The notes beneath the pieces were generated by a model. That model worked only from the letters and a program-made list of their open reading frames with translations. It ran no database searches and was not told the DNA's origin. A stretch of DNA of 31,466 nucleotides, taken from the IMG/VR virus record IMGVR_UViG_3300025375_000013, positions 1-31,466 of that record; one strand, 5' to 3'. Source of the stretch: a virus (lineage: Duplodnaviria > Caudoviricetes). Made by a program: the position numbers and the translations under genes. This document shows, piece by piece, positions 13,001-19,729 of this stretch (positions are counted from its first letter, which is position 1; each line of letters begins with the position of its first letter).

Positions 13001-16000
13001 AGCCATTAAAGTATTACCTACTGTACCTATCAATGGGCTTACGTACATTACTAATGTAGGCTCAATATTAGGAGCAGCATCAAAGTTACCATTAGTACTA
13101 TCAGTAATGACAAGCTTAACACTCTTGTTATGCAGTTCTTCTTTAGAATTTTTGAACATATTTCTAACATCACTGACCTGTTTCTTAGCACTTTCTATAT
13201 CATCTTCAGTAACTTTAGTGTTATTATATCTTATAGGATGATGCCAACTTACAGTATGCACAAAACCTACAGCAGTATTTACATCTTTACTAATTTCAAC
13301 ATCTTCACCTATAGCAGCATTCCAATTTTTTTGATCATCATGTATCTTGATAGGTATATTATTCCAATACTCTTCAGAGCCTTCTGGAAAATGTAAAGTT
13401 ATGATCTGACGATTCTGAAGATCATCATTGTGAGACCTTTTAAATTTACCACCTTCAGTTTTAGCAGCAACAACAACTTGTACACCTTCAACAAGATGTT
13501 TAAACAATAAAGGTTGATCTTTAATAGAAATTGTTTTATTACCAACTTTAATACCTTTAATAACCATGTTAGTACTTAACAACTCAGGGTCGCTAGTAAG
13601 TTCTTTACTCCAATGAACGGTTGCTCTAATGTCCATAAAGTTCTCAGGAACTCTAGCAACAAGTTCTTTACCTTCTTTATATATTTCAAAGTTATCCAAT
13701 GCTACAGCATCTATCTCTTTGGAATTTGTAATAGTATTAACAGATTTCCAAAAAGAAGTAAGCGTTCTTGTGGCAGCATTAAATATAGGATTATTAGTAC
13801 TAAAATTTACAACTCTAGCAATAAGACTTCCTGGTAATGTTTGCGAGTATCCTTTATCGTTAACATATTTAATACCTGCATCATTAGGCATATCTATAGG
13901 TGCTATAGGAGTTGAAGCTTTAGCAGCTTCTATACTTTCTTCTACACCAGTAAGAGCTTCTTTAATATCAATTTTATTACCAAAGTTATCATCAAATAAT
14001 GCTACAGCTTCATCAAGTGATAGTGTTTTAAAACTTTTATCAATATTACTTTTTTTACCAGCATATTCATTCCAACCTAAAACTGAAGCATAGAACATAT
14101 TCTTTACGGTATCAGCATCAAACTTCTCCTTCATTACATCTACAAAGTTCTGATCAAATTCTCTAGCTTTACCAAGTCTATTTTCGTCTATAAACTGTCT
14201 GATTGCTTTTTCAGCAATCTGTTTATGTTCTGTTGATACATAATCATTACCATCTTCATCCTTTTCCAACACTCGCATAGAGAATTGTACATCTTCTATA
14301 GGTGTATCAACAGAAGTAGTTCCTGCATCTCGTAATATCCTAACACCTCTATCTACAAATTGTCTATTACCTTTATAGAAATTTTTTTCTGGCTCTGTAA
14401 GCTCTTCTTTTGCAAATACCTTTCTTGCCACTCTAACAACATCCTTGTTTGAATGAATGTAGGAATCTTGAACAGATGTAAGATTTTTAGCTACAACAGC
14501 TAACTTCTCGGTATTAATTACCTTTTCTTTATTGGTGGTAGCATCAAAAGTTGCAACAGGCGAATTCTTTGTAGCAGGCTTATTAGGCTTTAAGGTCTCT
14601 ACTTTAGCAGGCTTGTTAAGTTCATCAGTCTTTTCTTCAACAGCCTTTTCAACATTTTTACCTTTACCTTTACCAACTTCTTCTGCTTCCTTAACAGTTT
14701 TAGCTTGTTTCACAACATTCTTGTGATACTGTTCCATCTTCTTTCTCTGAAAATCTTTGCTTCTCCAATCAGCTATCTCACGTATCAACTGTTCTTTTTT
14801 AGCAATCAATGCTTCTTGTGTTACTTGTAGTTTATCTAATGAAGGATCGTCAGGAAAAGCATCAAGCTTTCTGTTGACAGCATGTGCTTCATCACCAGAG
14901 AGATTGTCAACAGCATCTTTTCTCTGCTGTTTAAGTTCTTCAATTTTTTTATCTACTTCTGCTGCCTGTTCTCTATTGTGTTTTGCTTCATCATCAGTCA
15001 TCAAACCACCTTCATGCACAGTATCAAGAACATCTTTTCTAGTCAACAATCCTGTAAGCTTTGTATCCAAAGTTTTAAAAATTATAGCAGGGTCACCATG
15101 TTCTAAAATTATATCAGGATTTTCGGCTTTATACTTTACTATATCAGCTTTAGTTTGTACTAAATCTTTTTCTGTATTCTCAAGATCAAGCCTTCTTTGA
15201 ACTATAGGAGCTACAATGTGAAGATTACCGTTGTTACGTTCAGCTTCCTCACCATATATAGTCTTAATTCTTTCAGCATCTGCAATAAGTTTTGGAAACA
15301 GATTCTTAATGTTCTCAATACTGTTCTTGCTAGTTTCATCATTTTCATGAACACCCATAGTAGCAAGAGCTTTCTTCTGCTCTTCACTAGCTACACCTTT
15401 TGAAAAACTTTCTGCGGCACTAAGAGTAGTTTTTAAGAAATTAACATGATCATCATATAATGATGTACCTTTATCAGCAATACTATCAAGATGTAGTTTA
15501 GACAAAGCACTATCGTTAGACATATCTCTTCTAAGAGCATTTGCTAAAATGATGTTGTCATCATGTATAGCCATACCAATCTCATTAATCTTATTGAGAG
15601 TTACACCATTAGCCATCTTAGATTGTTCTTCATGTAGACTTTCAAAAGGATTCTGATCTCTACCTAATATCTTTTTTAAAATAGGATGCTCTATAGCACC
15701 ACCAACAACACCTCCCAATGCTCCAACAAATACACTATTGATAAACTCAGTCTGCTTGATATAATGATTCATTCTATCACCAAATTGTGAATCATCACCA
15801 AAACCTGACATCCTATCAGCAAGATGTTTACCTTCTTCTTGTAGAATATACTGTATACCTTCTTCCGAACCTTCAGATGCAGCTTCCAAACCTAAAACTG
15901 CTGTATGACGAAGCATATGACTAGGTATTCTTTCAAGTACGTTATCAACAATGCCTCCACCTTCATGCAGACCTTTAATTGGACTATATGTTAAAGCCTG

Positions 16001-16810
16001 TGCTTCTAATGCTCCTGTGATCATCTTATAGATAGCATTACCTTTGAATACTAAAGCAGCTCCTCTAGCTGCTGCATACTTTGCTTGTTCATCTGGTACA
16101 CCTTTTTCTAATTGATCTTTGTAAACAGTCATGTAAGTATCATTACTTTCTGTTAATGCTTCTTTAAGACCACCATACATAAAAGTACCAGTAGAAGCGA
16201 TTCTTTGAGCTGCTGCAATATGCATACTCATTGATGCAGCTTTCTCAATAGAAGCAACTTTCTTTGCTGCATTAACTAACATACCTTCAGTACCTAAACC
16301 ACCTGTAAGAGCACTTATAATAGCAGTCTCACCCATAGTTTCGACAGCTATACCAGCAGTAGAACCAAGTTCTGAGAATCTATTTAACCACCACGAAGGG
16401 TCTGTAAGACTACCAAAAGTAGTTTCTTTATCTTTCTGATATACAGGTTTTTGGTTTTCATCCATAAACTGTTTAGACCAATCCATAATAGCATTACTAT
16501 AAGGACGTTCTGTATCACTTATGGCATTCACCAACTGTCTAGGATCATTAGCACCAAACATCATAACACCCATACCAATACCTTGAACTAAGAAGTTAGT
16601 ACCAGCTCTAGCAACCTGTTCAGTATATGACTGATTCTGCTGCATAGTGTTGTACATAGCATTCTCATCTTGTAGATCAACACCTGAACGTTTCTCTTGA
16701 TCTATTCTAGCATAATCACCAGGAAGAGATATGTTACCAACACTAACATTTGTATTTAGAGAAAAGTCTACAGGTTTACCGTAGAGCATAATCTTATTAT
16801 TATCAGCCAT
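4016..16810 (-). CDS. Giant virion-packaged DNA-dependent RNA polymerase protein (crAss-like two-barrel RNAP) with an N-terminal cargo region and a C-terminal zincin-like metallopeptidase domain, 4264 aa
   Basis: Catalytic DxDxD motif in QKGLDYDVDK (nt 7712-7726, aa 3029-3033), preceded by FRIPTSKHAS. Upstream motifs TDAQEY, QKPVY and KSSAFPL are as recalled for crAss RNAPs (phi14:2 gp66 has DFDID). HExxH in VLLHEIVHALT (nt 5153-5167) with downstream HEFVA (nt 4871-4885). Gly/Ala-rich hydrophobic segments and EGSEEGIQ in the first ~375 aa. Confidence 0.92.
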   Translation of the reverse strand: MADNNKIMLYGKPVDFSLNTNVSVGNISLPGDYARIDQEKRSGVDLQDENAMYNTMQQNQSYTEQVARAGTNFLVQGIGMGVMMFGANDPRQLVNAISDTERPYSNAIMDWSKQFMDENQKPVYQKDKETTFGSLTDPSWWLNRFSELGSTAGIAVETMGETAIISALTGGLGTEGMLVNAAKKVASIEKAASMSMHIAAAQRIASTGTFMYGGLKEALTESNDTYMTVYKDQLEKGVPDEQAKYAAARGAALVFKGNAIYKMITGALEAQALTYSPIKGLHEGGGIVDNVLERIPSHMLRHTAVLGLEAASEGSEEGIQYILQEEGKHLADRMSGFGDDSQFGDRMNHYIKQTEFINSVFVGALGGVVGGAIEHPILKKILGRDQNPFESLHEEQSKMANGVTLNKINEIGMAIHDDNIILANALRRDMSNDSALSKLHLDSIADKGTSLYDDHVNFLKTTLSAAESFSKGVASEEQKKALATMGVHENDETSKNSIENIKNLFPKLIADAERIKTIYGEEAERNNGNLHIVAPIVQRRLDLENTEKDLVQTKADIVKYKAENPDIILEHGDPAIIFKTLDTKLTGLLTRKDVLDTVHEGGLMTDDEAKHNREQAAEVDKKIEELKQQRKDAVDNLSGDEAHAVNRKLDAFPDDPSLDKLQVTQEALIAKKEQLIREIADWRSKDFQRKKMEQYHKNVVKQAKTVKEAEEVGKGKGKNVEKAVEEKTDELNKPAKVETLKPNKPATKNSPVATFDATTNKEKVINTEKLAVVAKNLTSVQDSYIHSNKDVVRVARKVFAKEELTEPEKNFYKGNRQFVDRGVRILRDAGTTSVDTPIEDVQFSMRVLEKDEDGNDYVSTEHKQIAEKAIRQFIDENRLGKAREFDQNFVDVMKEKFDADTVKNMFYASVLGWNEYAGKKSNIDKSFKTLSLDEAVALFDDNFGNKIDIKEALTGVEESIEAAKASTPIAPIDMPNDAGIKYVNDKGYSQTLPGSLIARVVNFSTNNPIFNAATRTLTSFWKSVNTITNSKEIDAVALDNFEIYKEGKELVARVPENFMDIRATVHWSKELTSDPELLSTNMVIKGIKVGNKTISIKDQPLLFKHLVEGVQVVVAAKTEGGKFKRSHNDDLQNRQIITLHFPEGSEEYWNNIPIKIHDDQKNWNAAIGEDVEISKDVNTAVGFVHTVSWHHPIRYNNTKVTEDDIESAKKQVSDVRNMFKNSKEELHNKSVKLVITDSTNGNFDAAPNIEPTLVMYVSPLIGTVGNTLMAIKSSKGDLILPNGNFEKLSLSRITNIDAFRKLGKPGNGMVLLLYPHGVNEKNEQLYHVSNVMGVGPSENGIKSVGILSDLRKKTVEGNFEDGTDYDKIITSIRQAIIKCVDPNNHEVINGHSMEKISDLYKYIKSFVQIRQGGRWGKDQVSREGMLLNKSEDFYYTGLSPESQEENATKKEGEKSKEGQIGIKMPNGTYYYIGSGTRFNTGLTKVLDHLCKNILPNMKLERDVESFRNNLPVEFIDNEGKKYVGHENYVKYLATKLSTTTAEFNVGSEENPLYTPFLQRSIQFRPKDQFDQSVDEAVKEAIEDKKEQVEEQLKKKQVEEPSPVIEGMSDDNVAFVKKAISDISRLLNKDSRNVHDISDIVRDQDVQLSMTIDDAITAELSRELRDSSNSIEELMPSEQRELTLSLYNLVAKDLSDAEESMSRNKVDEIIKDHLSKIIDGVAGIVEDNRLKLETLVEEHPEVQPLLEDYNTLVNKMDAVTGHDDIIIADVKEQLKSKNFIKKENESFDVDPENLNAKQTASFNIRKLMSATYDLEKDGSFKDGFLGTQKFLEADEVFDRVSSLLADKPASFDTFIKILKAARGPYPWLYSEKNYDLVSRLEKLQKEDHKTANEFTSLMSKHQLTMKSPLYSVNKNGIRFNMADTNSHTNTRKMVKDWIDNLKGTVDEEGLVKEVKELDYYVFNPERVKVVYDNLVALQNLARSPLEFAKVDGRKLKEVMDSTGILLSEDLLDVWVNYGLTNKDGSRTQLVDAINSTDFIFDNLVREYKKILDADAVGKKVVLSEGKLVKNTVIVNSESVAYGKVMYEAAEENAKYVTARMVTSWRDGKKNVYGFMQHTFTTNRVNDLKNCVDDKGEFIGVARDINESYFNSNSQTLALLASSSDFRNRYKVSSLSKTAIKKLGAAVFGDKQISKLGGGDHELAKMIAFGDMVQSPIANSTVNIGNLPLKRRMASMFGLTMSDKSQLYVFDTAVYMFKNEHYDVTEIKNANYNEEDYQEFGIGVSKTIAPKQEVLDLLYTHVVQAELTRISNHFGKEDINLKGYNPDFAYLVPRLNVAKLEDGRSLIELVRNSNGNLASIEKEIRPTIDKEMLELVKSLAYKKLKEWHELGIINEEGKLLHDNSYMKSMFGNATKDLQHQYAVHDYVLNYMLHNVDMYKLYGGDPAAYYKNSSVKGVDLKDYTNQNVFDVIRDTMVNVGKRLASQAAPGEGSANSDDNHYIQIFGKDKEIVEGKVYQEVLQKHGQVIADGFRNITATDAQEYMTWKEFLYMMEASGKLEDVLKDFTVSELVEAKKLRQTKNSELTERQKFLLKKVYQTVQKPVYTGQQYDTENRMMVPIYIKSSAFPLFEEFTGGMELDKLRKVMEHIEDVETEKGNNTTVRFSYDSANKVGGVKNSASIFAHDGTINVDGKGVDVDGKPTSDLYNNYDKHTRTLDRSSFRIQQPIPVKSAKHDYQDSITRGTQISKLLLSAGAINFKFNTSEGVKTGLQMYNEHMQIYKELVAHKLSELKKELMIDDAGNFLPETKIEAATKLAKILQDEAIENNYSKQDKESLALDNDGNFVSPIWILSNSDKVEALLHSIVSDRLTNVKMPGFSYVVGSEAGFQRQKNYKGHDKSRMVWINGPLTDEEGNPRSLAHDEVFLQPKFRGWDGKLINLLEDVVRNGNGEIVRDENGKPARYVQKITEKGGASHYKLNTQYIDEDLLNTISFRIPTSKHASISTDKIVGLLPPEAGDLMIVSAGKANQKGLDYDVDKENTYQYHTSIDAEGKIIKTTAKEDGSNNQEMILNKLVDMHKQIMSNEKVQKKTLEVLSTEYAMSQKAALEKITGKYDINDTPISDMYQKDKLLKGAVGKSAIGAFALDTVLQPELEKLFADNKALQLMTTITDVDRDGKEVTKIVPHNITIGEFKASKLGRTKTLDGARDIAEVTSEMLDTATDNEKLQFLGAVNFNNYTIPVIKMLNFLGFDKGTEVDGISSIKVLMMQQPVIKEYVRMSNVLDSNTGDYVAKENRDMYIMTSMIRKYGIKEEDFVNLPNGSKLINKAFVDQIKKDVNGEEIDPLFQLKVLQTFITLKDYATSIQEVQTSTNKDSKGLGISYFDTIFDSQKIAEIYKKEGSIKNISKLVGRYSFDNSEGAVNTAGMYITPETISSMFSVHALGMAKALWGRHFPYESTLISRILFKLFSGDVNTDNARDVVDELKKFMYSDNSLKLSKTTAQAERERLAIDKVIDDKIIKESLASYIKRVRLKLNNVLLNALDFDINPGQNKLQYSTIKFTSTQDDAYSEEDYYKAHTELLRSKIALPDFNGEKYDTTKLGKDLFRYAYLQGGVQKANEFVKYMSLTYAKAIGFTDSLRDMSDAMKTNGDTKNTDYQLKLSNTFLDQLFRHNPEYGLNIKQDTLVKILAKGFQMRDSNIKLTAELKEDRFYVRYSEKNEVTKKYDTHEYLYIRVPVSDRDYKRVSKLGDVGMTEYDANNSDYYPSNVTDNEATFKDARNKLGLLTSTAKKISPSSDKKDANRTPIANLSMKVTIDALLKHNDVSKGNKFLFNLFNTDSIAKVLSIIKLQNNSNLSTLGKHTKGLIEINNENLNIEKDPNKYATVLLHEIVHALTTYKINKYVTTRSGVLKPAKVFDASAPAYIHDLVKTFNDIKARLIEAGKGDLLKSMETKILAAQRANSTEPTSLSHEEGLVYGIYDLHEFVAKVLTDPEFQRVLNGIKLKDRTLLDRFGDFITKILSSFGVSEFKNPSPILREAIQNSIRLITDDKDIPTIAPEVKPAVQNKVAIKNVIDESNRVLNETLSDNNKLKKGYEKVRIPIGDNEYAIINAKTITFDGFPDFEFIIHNNINGKAWIVGEKRTGRALFQVPSSTQKKAIADAEKILNGVGIEKFKEALSKSDIVNKPTTEPVVEPKKSNTPTNIADKAGKDFVDSADKFDNMFTSGNFEMPIKNELWKSNEEKLSSSYPTLTMEQFNSENADIQQKLIDCA

Positions 16811-16824
16811 AGATGTTGTTGTTT

Positions 16825-18990
16825 TTATATACCTTCATCAGATACAGGAGTACTGAAATCGGCATTAGGTTGTAGTTTATCTGCTTTTATGACACCCTTT
16901 TCAATAAGATAAGCCTTTCTTGTTAGTTGCACAAAATAATTTGCATATAGATCAACTTGATCACCATATTTATTCTTATCTATAATTTCTTGATGTGCAA
17001 CACCTTCAGGGTCTGTAACAACCATATTAACAGTACCATTATTAGCTCTTCTAGTAGTTATGCTGAAAGCACTACTACCTATACCAGAAGGTACAGTAAA
17101 GTTCCTAACAGCACCTGTACCTTTACTGCTATCAAGAGAAGGTTTAGTTTTTGATAACTCTGTAAGTACTCTTTTACTTATAGGATCTCCTAAGCTACCT
17201 ATTAATTTAGTATTAGTGTCATAACCACCAGTAGCAAAATGGTTTAGTAATTGTGTTTTTGCTTGATCATTTTTAATTTCTATAGTAACATTCTTACCAC
17301 CAACAAAAGCATTAATCTTAATCTCATGATTATTGTTATCAGTAGGTACTATGCTAACATTTTTAAAAGCTTTAGTATTCTTTTCACTATTTAACAAAGT
17401 CATAGCAGCATCATGTTCTATCACAACACCTTTACTATCTTTTACAATAACATTTTTATCACTAGGATCTACATCAATAGCTCTTTTTAAAGCTTCATTT
17501 GCTTGAACTGAATCTCCAGTACTAAGACTCCAACCTTTACGACTACTAACAACACTAGTTTCATTTGCTGGATACCATTGTTCAGTAATACGTTTTCTTT
17601 CTTTAATATACTCTTCGCGTGCTTGTTTATAGTCTGCTAATTCTTTTAAATCTTTATCTGTTTGTTCTGAATATGAACCAGTCATATGTATAGTTTTATA
17701 AAATAAATCTTTAGGTTGTTCAGGATATGCACCATTTTCTACATATTTCTTTAGAAGCGCAATCTTGTCTGGATGTAAACTGTTAAGAGCATGTGTAGAC
17801 TTATCATCTTCTTCAACATTAGCATTTTTATAATCTTGATATTTCGCATCACGTCTATCCACTAACTCCTGTCTGATGCTAGGGTCAGCATTATGATTAG
17901 CATCTAACTTTCTAATTTGAGCATCAATAGCTTTAACTTCATCAGCATTACTGCTAACAGCACTTGTTAATTGTTCTGGTGTTGTTACAGGTGTATTACT
18001 CTTAGGAGCACCTGTAGTAGCGTTAAACAATTCCTCTACTGGTTCAGCTTTACCACCTACTTTTGGAGGAAGTGCTATGCTGGAAGTGTTACTTGCTCCT
18101 GCTAACTGAAGTCCTGCAAGTGTTTTCCAACTATTATGAATATCTACTTCACCTGCATTAATAGCTTCTGCTTCATTAGTTGTAGTATTACCATTCTTGT
18201 CTATATACTCTTTATCACCCGTCTTACTATTAATAGTGAAAGGTTTATTATATGTAGAACTATACTGAGCTTTATTCTTCTGTTGTGCAACCCATTGAGG
18301 ATTATTTCTTACTAAGTTTTTAAATAGAAACTCTTGGTCTGGAAGATCATAGACGATGTTAGTAGTCATGTTCTTTACAGTCTTACCGTCAGCCTGAACA
18401 ACATAGTCACCGTCACCATGTTGACTTCTCATAAGTCCTGGTAGCCCTTCTTTCATCAACTGATAAGCACTAATTTCTTCTTTGGGTGTAATACCTGTAG
18501 GTGCATTGTAAGGTTTGCTACTACGCATATTCTCCAACTGCTTTTGTATATTAGGATTCTGAGTACTATATATATCATCGGCTTCTGATTGAGAACCACC
18601 TTGATCTAGAAAGTGCTGCTTTCTGATCTTTATATCATTAAAGAAATTTATAGTCTTACCTACATCACCTCCCGTAAACTCGTTAGCTAATCCCATACCT
18701 ACCCTTGATAACTGATCGCCCATTTGAGAAAACGATCTTGGGTCTGTGTTTACAGCATTAGTTAAGTTCTCTATCTGATCTGTATAAGGTTTAAGCTTTT
18801 CCATAGCCTTAGCTTTCTCGGTAGGGTCTGTAATATCTTCTACTTTAGCTCTCATTGCCATCATCATTCCTAAAGCACCTCTATTCTCTTTAATATTAGC
18901 ATCCTGAGTCTTATGTAAATTTTCAAGAGCTTCCATAGGAAGTGTCTCTCCAAAATTTGGTGTCTGTATACCTGTTACTTGAAATGCCAT
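16825..18990 (-). CDS. Putative internal virion (ejected cargo) protein, 721 aa
   Basis: Long ORF translationally coupled (TAATG) to the muramidase gene and directly upstream of the giant RNAP, where crAss-like phages encode a second cargo protein. Helical, polar N-terminus. No catalytic motif recognised. Confidence 0.6.
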   Translation of the reverse strand: MAFQVTGIQTPNFGETLPMEALENLHKTQDANIKENRGALGMMMAMRAKVEDITDPTEKAKAMEKLKPYTDQIENLTNAVNTDPRSFSQMGDQLSRVGMGLANEFTGGDVGKTINFFNDIKIRKQHFLDQGGSQSEADDIYSTQNPNIQKQLENMRSSKPYNAPTGITPKEEISAYQLMKEGLPGLMRSQHGDGDYVVQADGKTVKNMTTNIVYDLPDQEFLFKNLVRNNPQWVAQQKNKAQYSSTYNKPFTINSKTGDKEYIDKNGNTTTNEAEAINAGEVDIHNSWKTLAGLQLAGASNTSSIALPPKVGGKAEPVEELFNATTGAPKSNTPVTTPEQLTSAVSSNADEVKAIDAQIRKLDANHNADPSIRQELVDRRDAKYQDYKNANVEEDDKSTHALNSLHPDKIALLKKYVENGAYPEQPKDLFYKTIHMTGSYSEQTDKDLKELADYKQAREEYIKERKRITEQWYPANETSVVSSRKGWSLSTGDSVQANEALKRAIDVDPSDKNVIVKDSKGVVIEHDAAMTLLNSEKNTKAFKNVSIVPTDNNNHEIKINAFVGGKNVTIEIKNDQAKTQLLNHFATGGYDTNTKLIGSLGDPISKRVLTELSKTKPSLDSSKGTGAVRNFTVPSGIGSSAFSITTRRANNGTVNMVVTDPEGVAHQEIIDKNKYGDQVDLYANYFVQLTRKAYLIEKGVIKADKLQPNADFSTPVSDEGI

Positions 18991-19727
18991 TATGATGTTC
19001 TTTTTAGTGTGTTAATAACTGTAGCCCAATCAGTAAGAGCTTTGTTCCCTTGAATACCTTCATAGTAAGATTTACCACCTGCATCTTTAGGTAACACTGC
19101 CCATTCTTTAGATAAACTATAAGCTATCTTTTCTGGGTCTGTTTGTTTACCAATTCTATTCTTAAGTAGTAAGTTAGCAATATATTTTTGACCAGCATAA
19201 TCAAACTTAAAAGTGGAAGGGTTAATACCAACTTTTTCTAAAGCTCCTATAGCAGTAGGCATTTGTATTTGATAACCTCCAAGAGCTTTAGACTGATATT
19301 TATTAGAAAGTTGTAAAATTGTAGAAGATGTTAAACTTTTATCTTCTTTACCGCCTTGTATAATATTAAAGTTATTATGTGATTCTTTTTCACTAATAAG
19401 ATCGAGTATATTGTTATACTGTTTATTAACTCCCGTAGTACCAAGTTGTCTATCTATTTTACCACCTAAGCTGTGCTGCATATCTGGTAGCAAACTTGTA
19501 GGTGCTTGAGGTATCTTATTTTGTACTTCAGGTTGTGGTTGGAATACTTTAGCTTTGCTAACTTGTTCAAGTAATGGGTCATCAGTAGATTGCTTTTCTA
19601 CATTTTTATCTTTAAACAAACCACCTAACATAGCATCTACATCAGGTGTAAGATTGTTAAGGTCTACATCTTGAACAGAACCATCATCCTGTTTTAAACC
19701 TGCCGATTGAAAGTTGTAGAAGCTCAT
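18990..19727 (-). CDS. Lambda-lysozyme-like muramidase / lytic transglycosylase (GH104-like) with a low-complexity N-terminal extension, 245 aa
   Basis: The C-terminal ~140 aa show the lambda-R-like series ILDLISEKES (candidate catalytic Glu), ALGGYQI, F....QKYIANLLLKNR and LSKEWAVLP...GKSYYEG.QGNKA. The N-terminal ~95 aa are Q/P/D-rich. Confidence 0.75.
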   Translation of the reverse strand: MSFYNFQSAGLKQDDGSVQDVDLNNLTPDVDAMLGGLFKDKNVEKQSTDDPLLEQVSKAKVFQPQPEVQNKIPQAPTSLLPDMQHSLGGKIDRQLGTTGVNKQYNNILDLISEKESHNNFNIIQGGKEDKSLTSSTILQLSNKYQSKALGGYQIQMPTAIGALEKVGINPSTFKFDYAGQKYIANLLLKNRIGKQTDPEKIAYSLSKEWAVLPKDAGGKSYYEGIQGNKALTDWATVINTLKRTS

Positions 19728-19729
19728 TA

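Noticed and set aside
4016-16810. Intein or group I intron in the RNAP gene, as found in some Crassvirales
   Set aside because: The ORF is continuous and I saw no intein splice-junction or homing-endonuclease motifs near the catalytic motifs.
16811-16824. Promoter or terminator in the largest intergenic gap
   Set aside because: Only 14 nt, with no hairpin or recognisable promoter. Most likely an A-rich translation initiation region.
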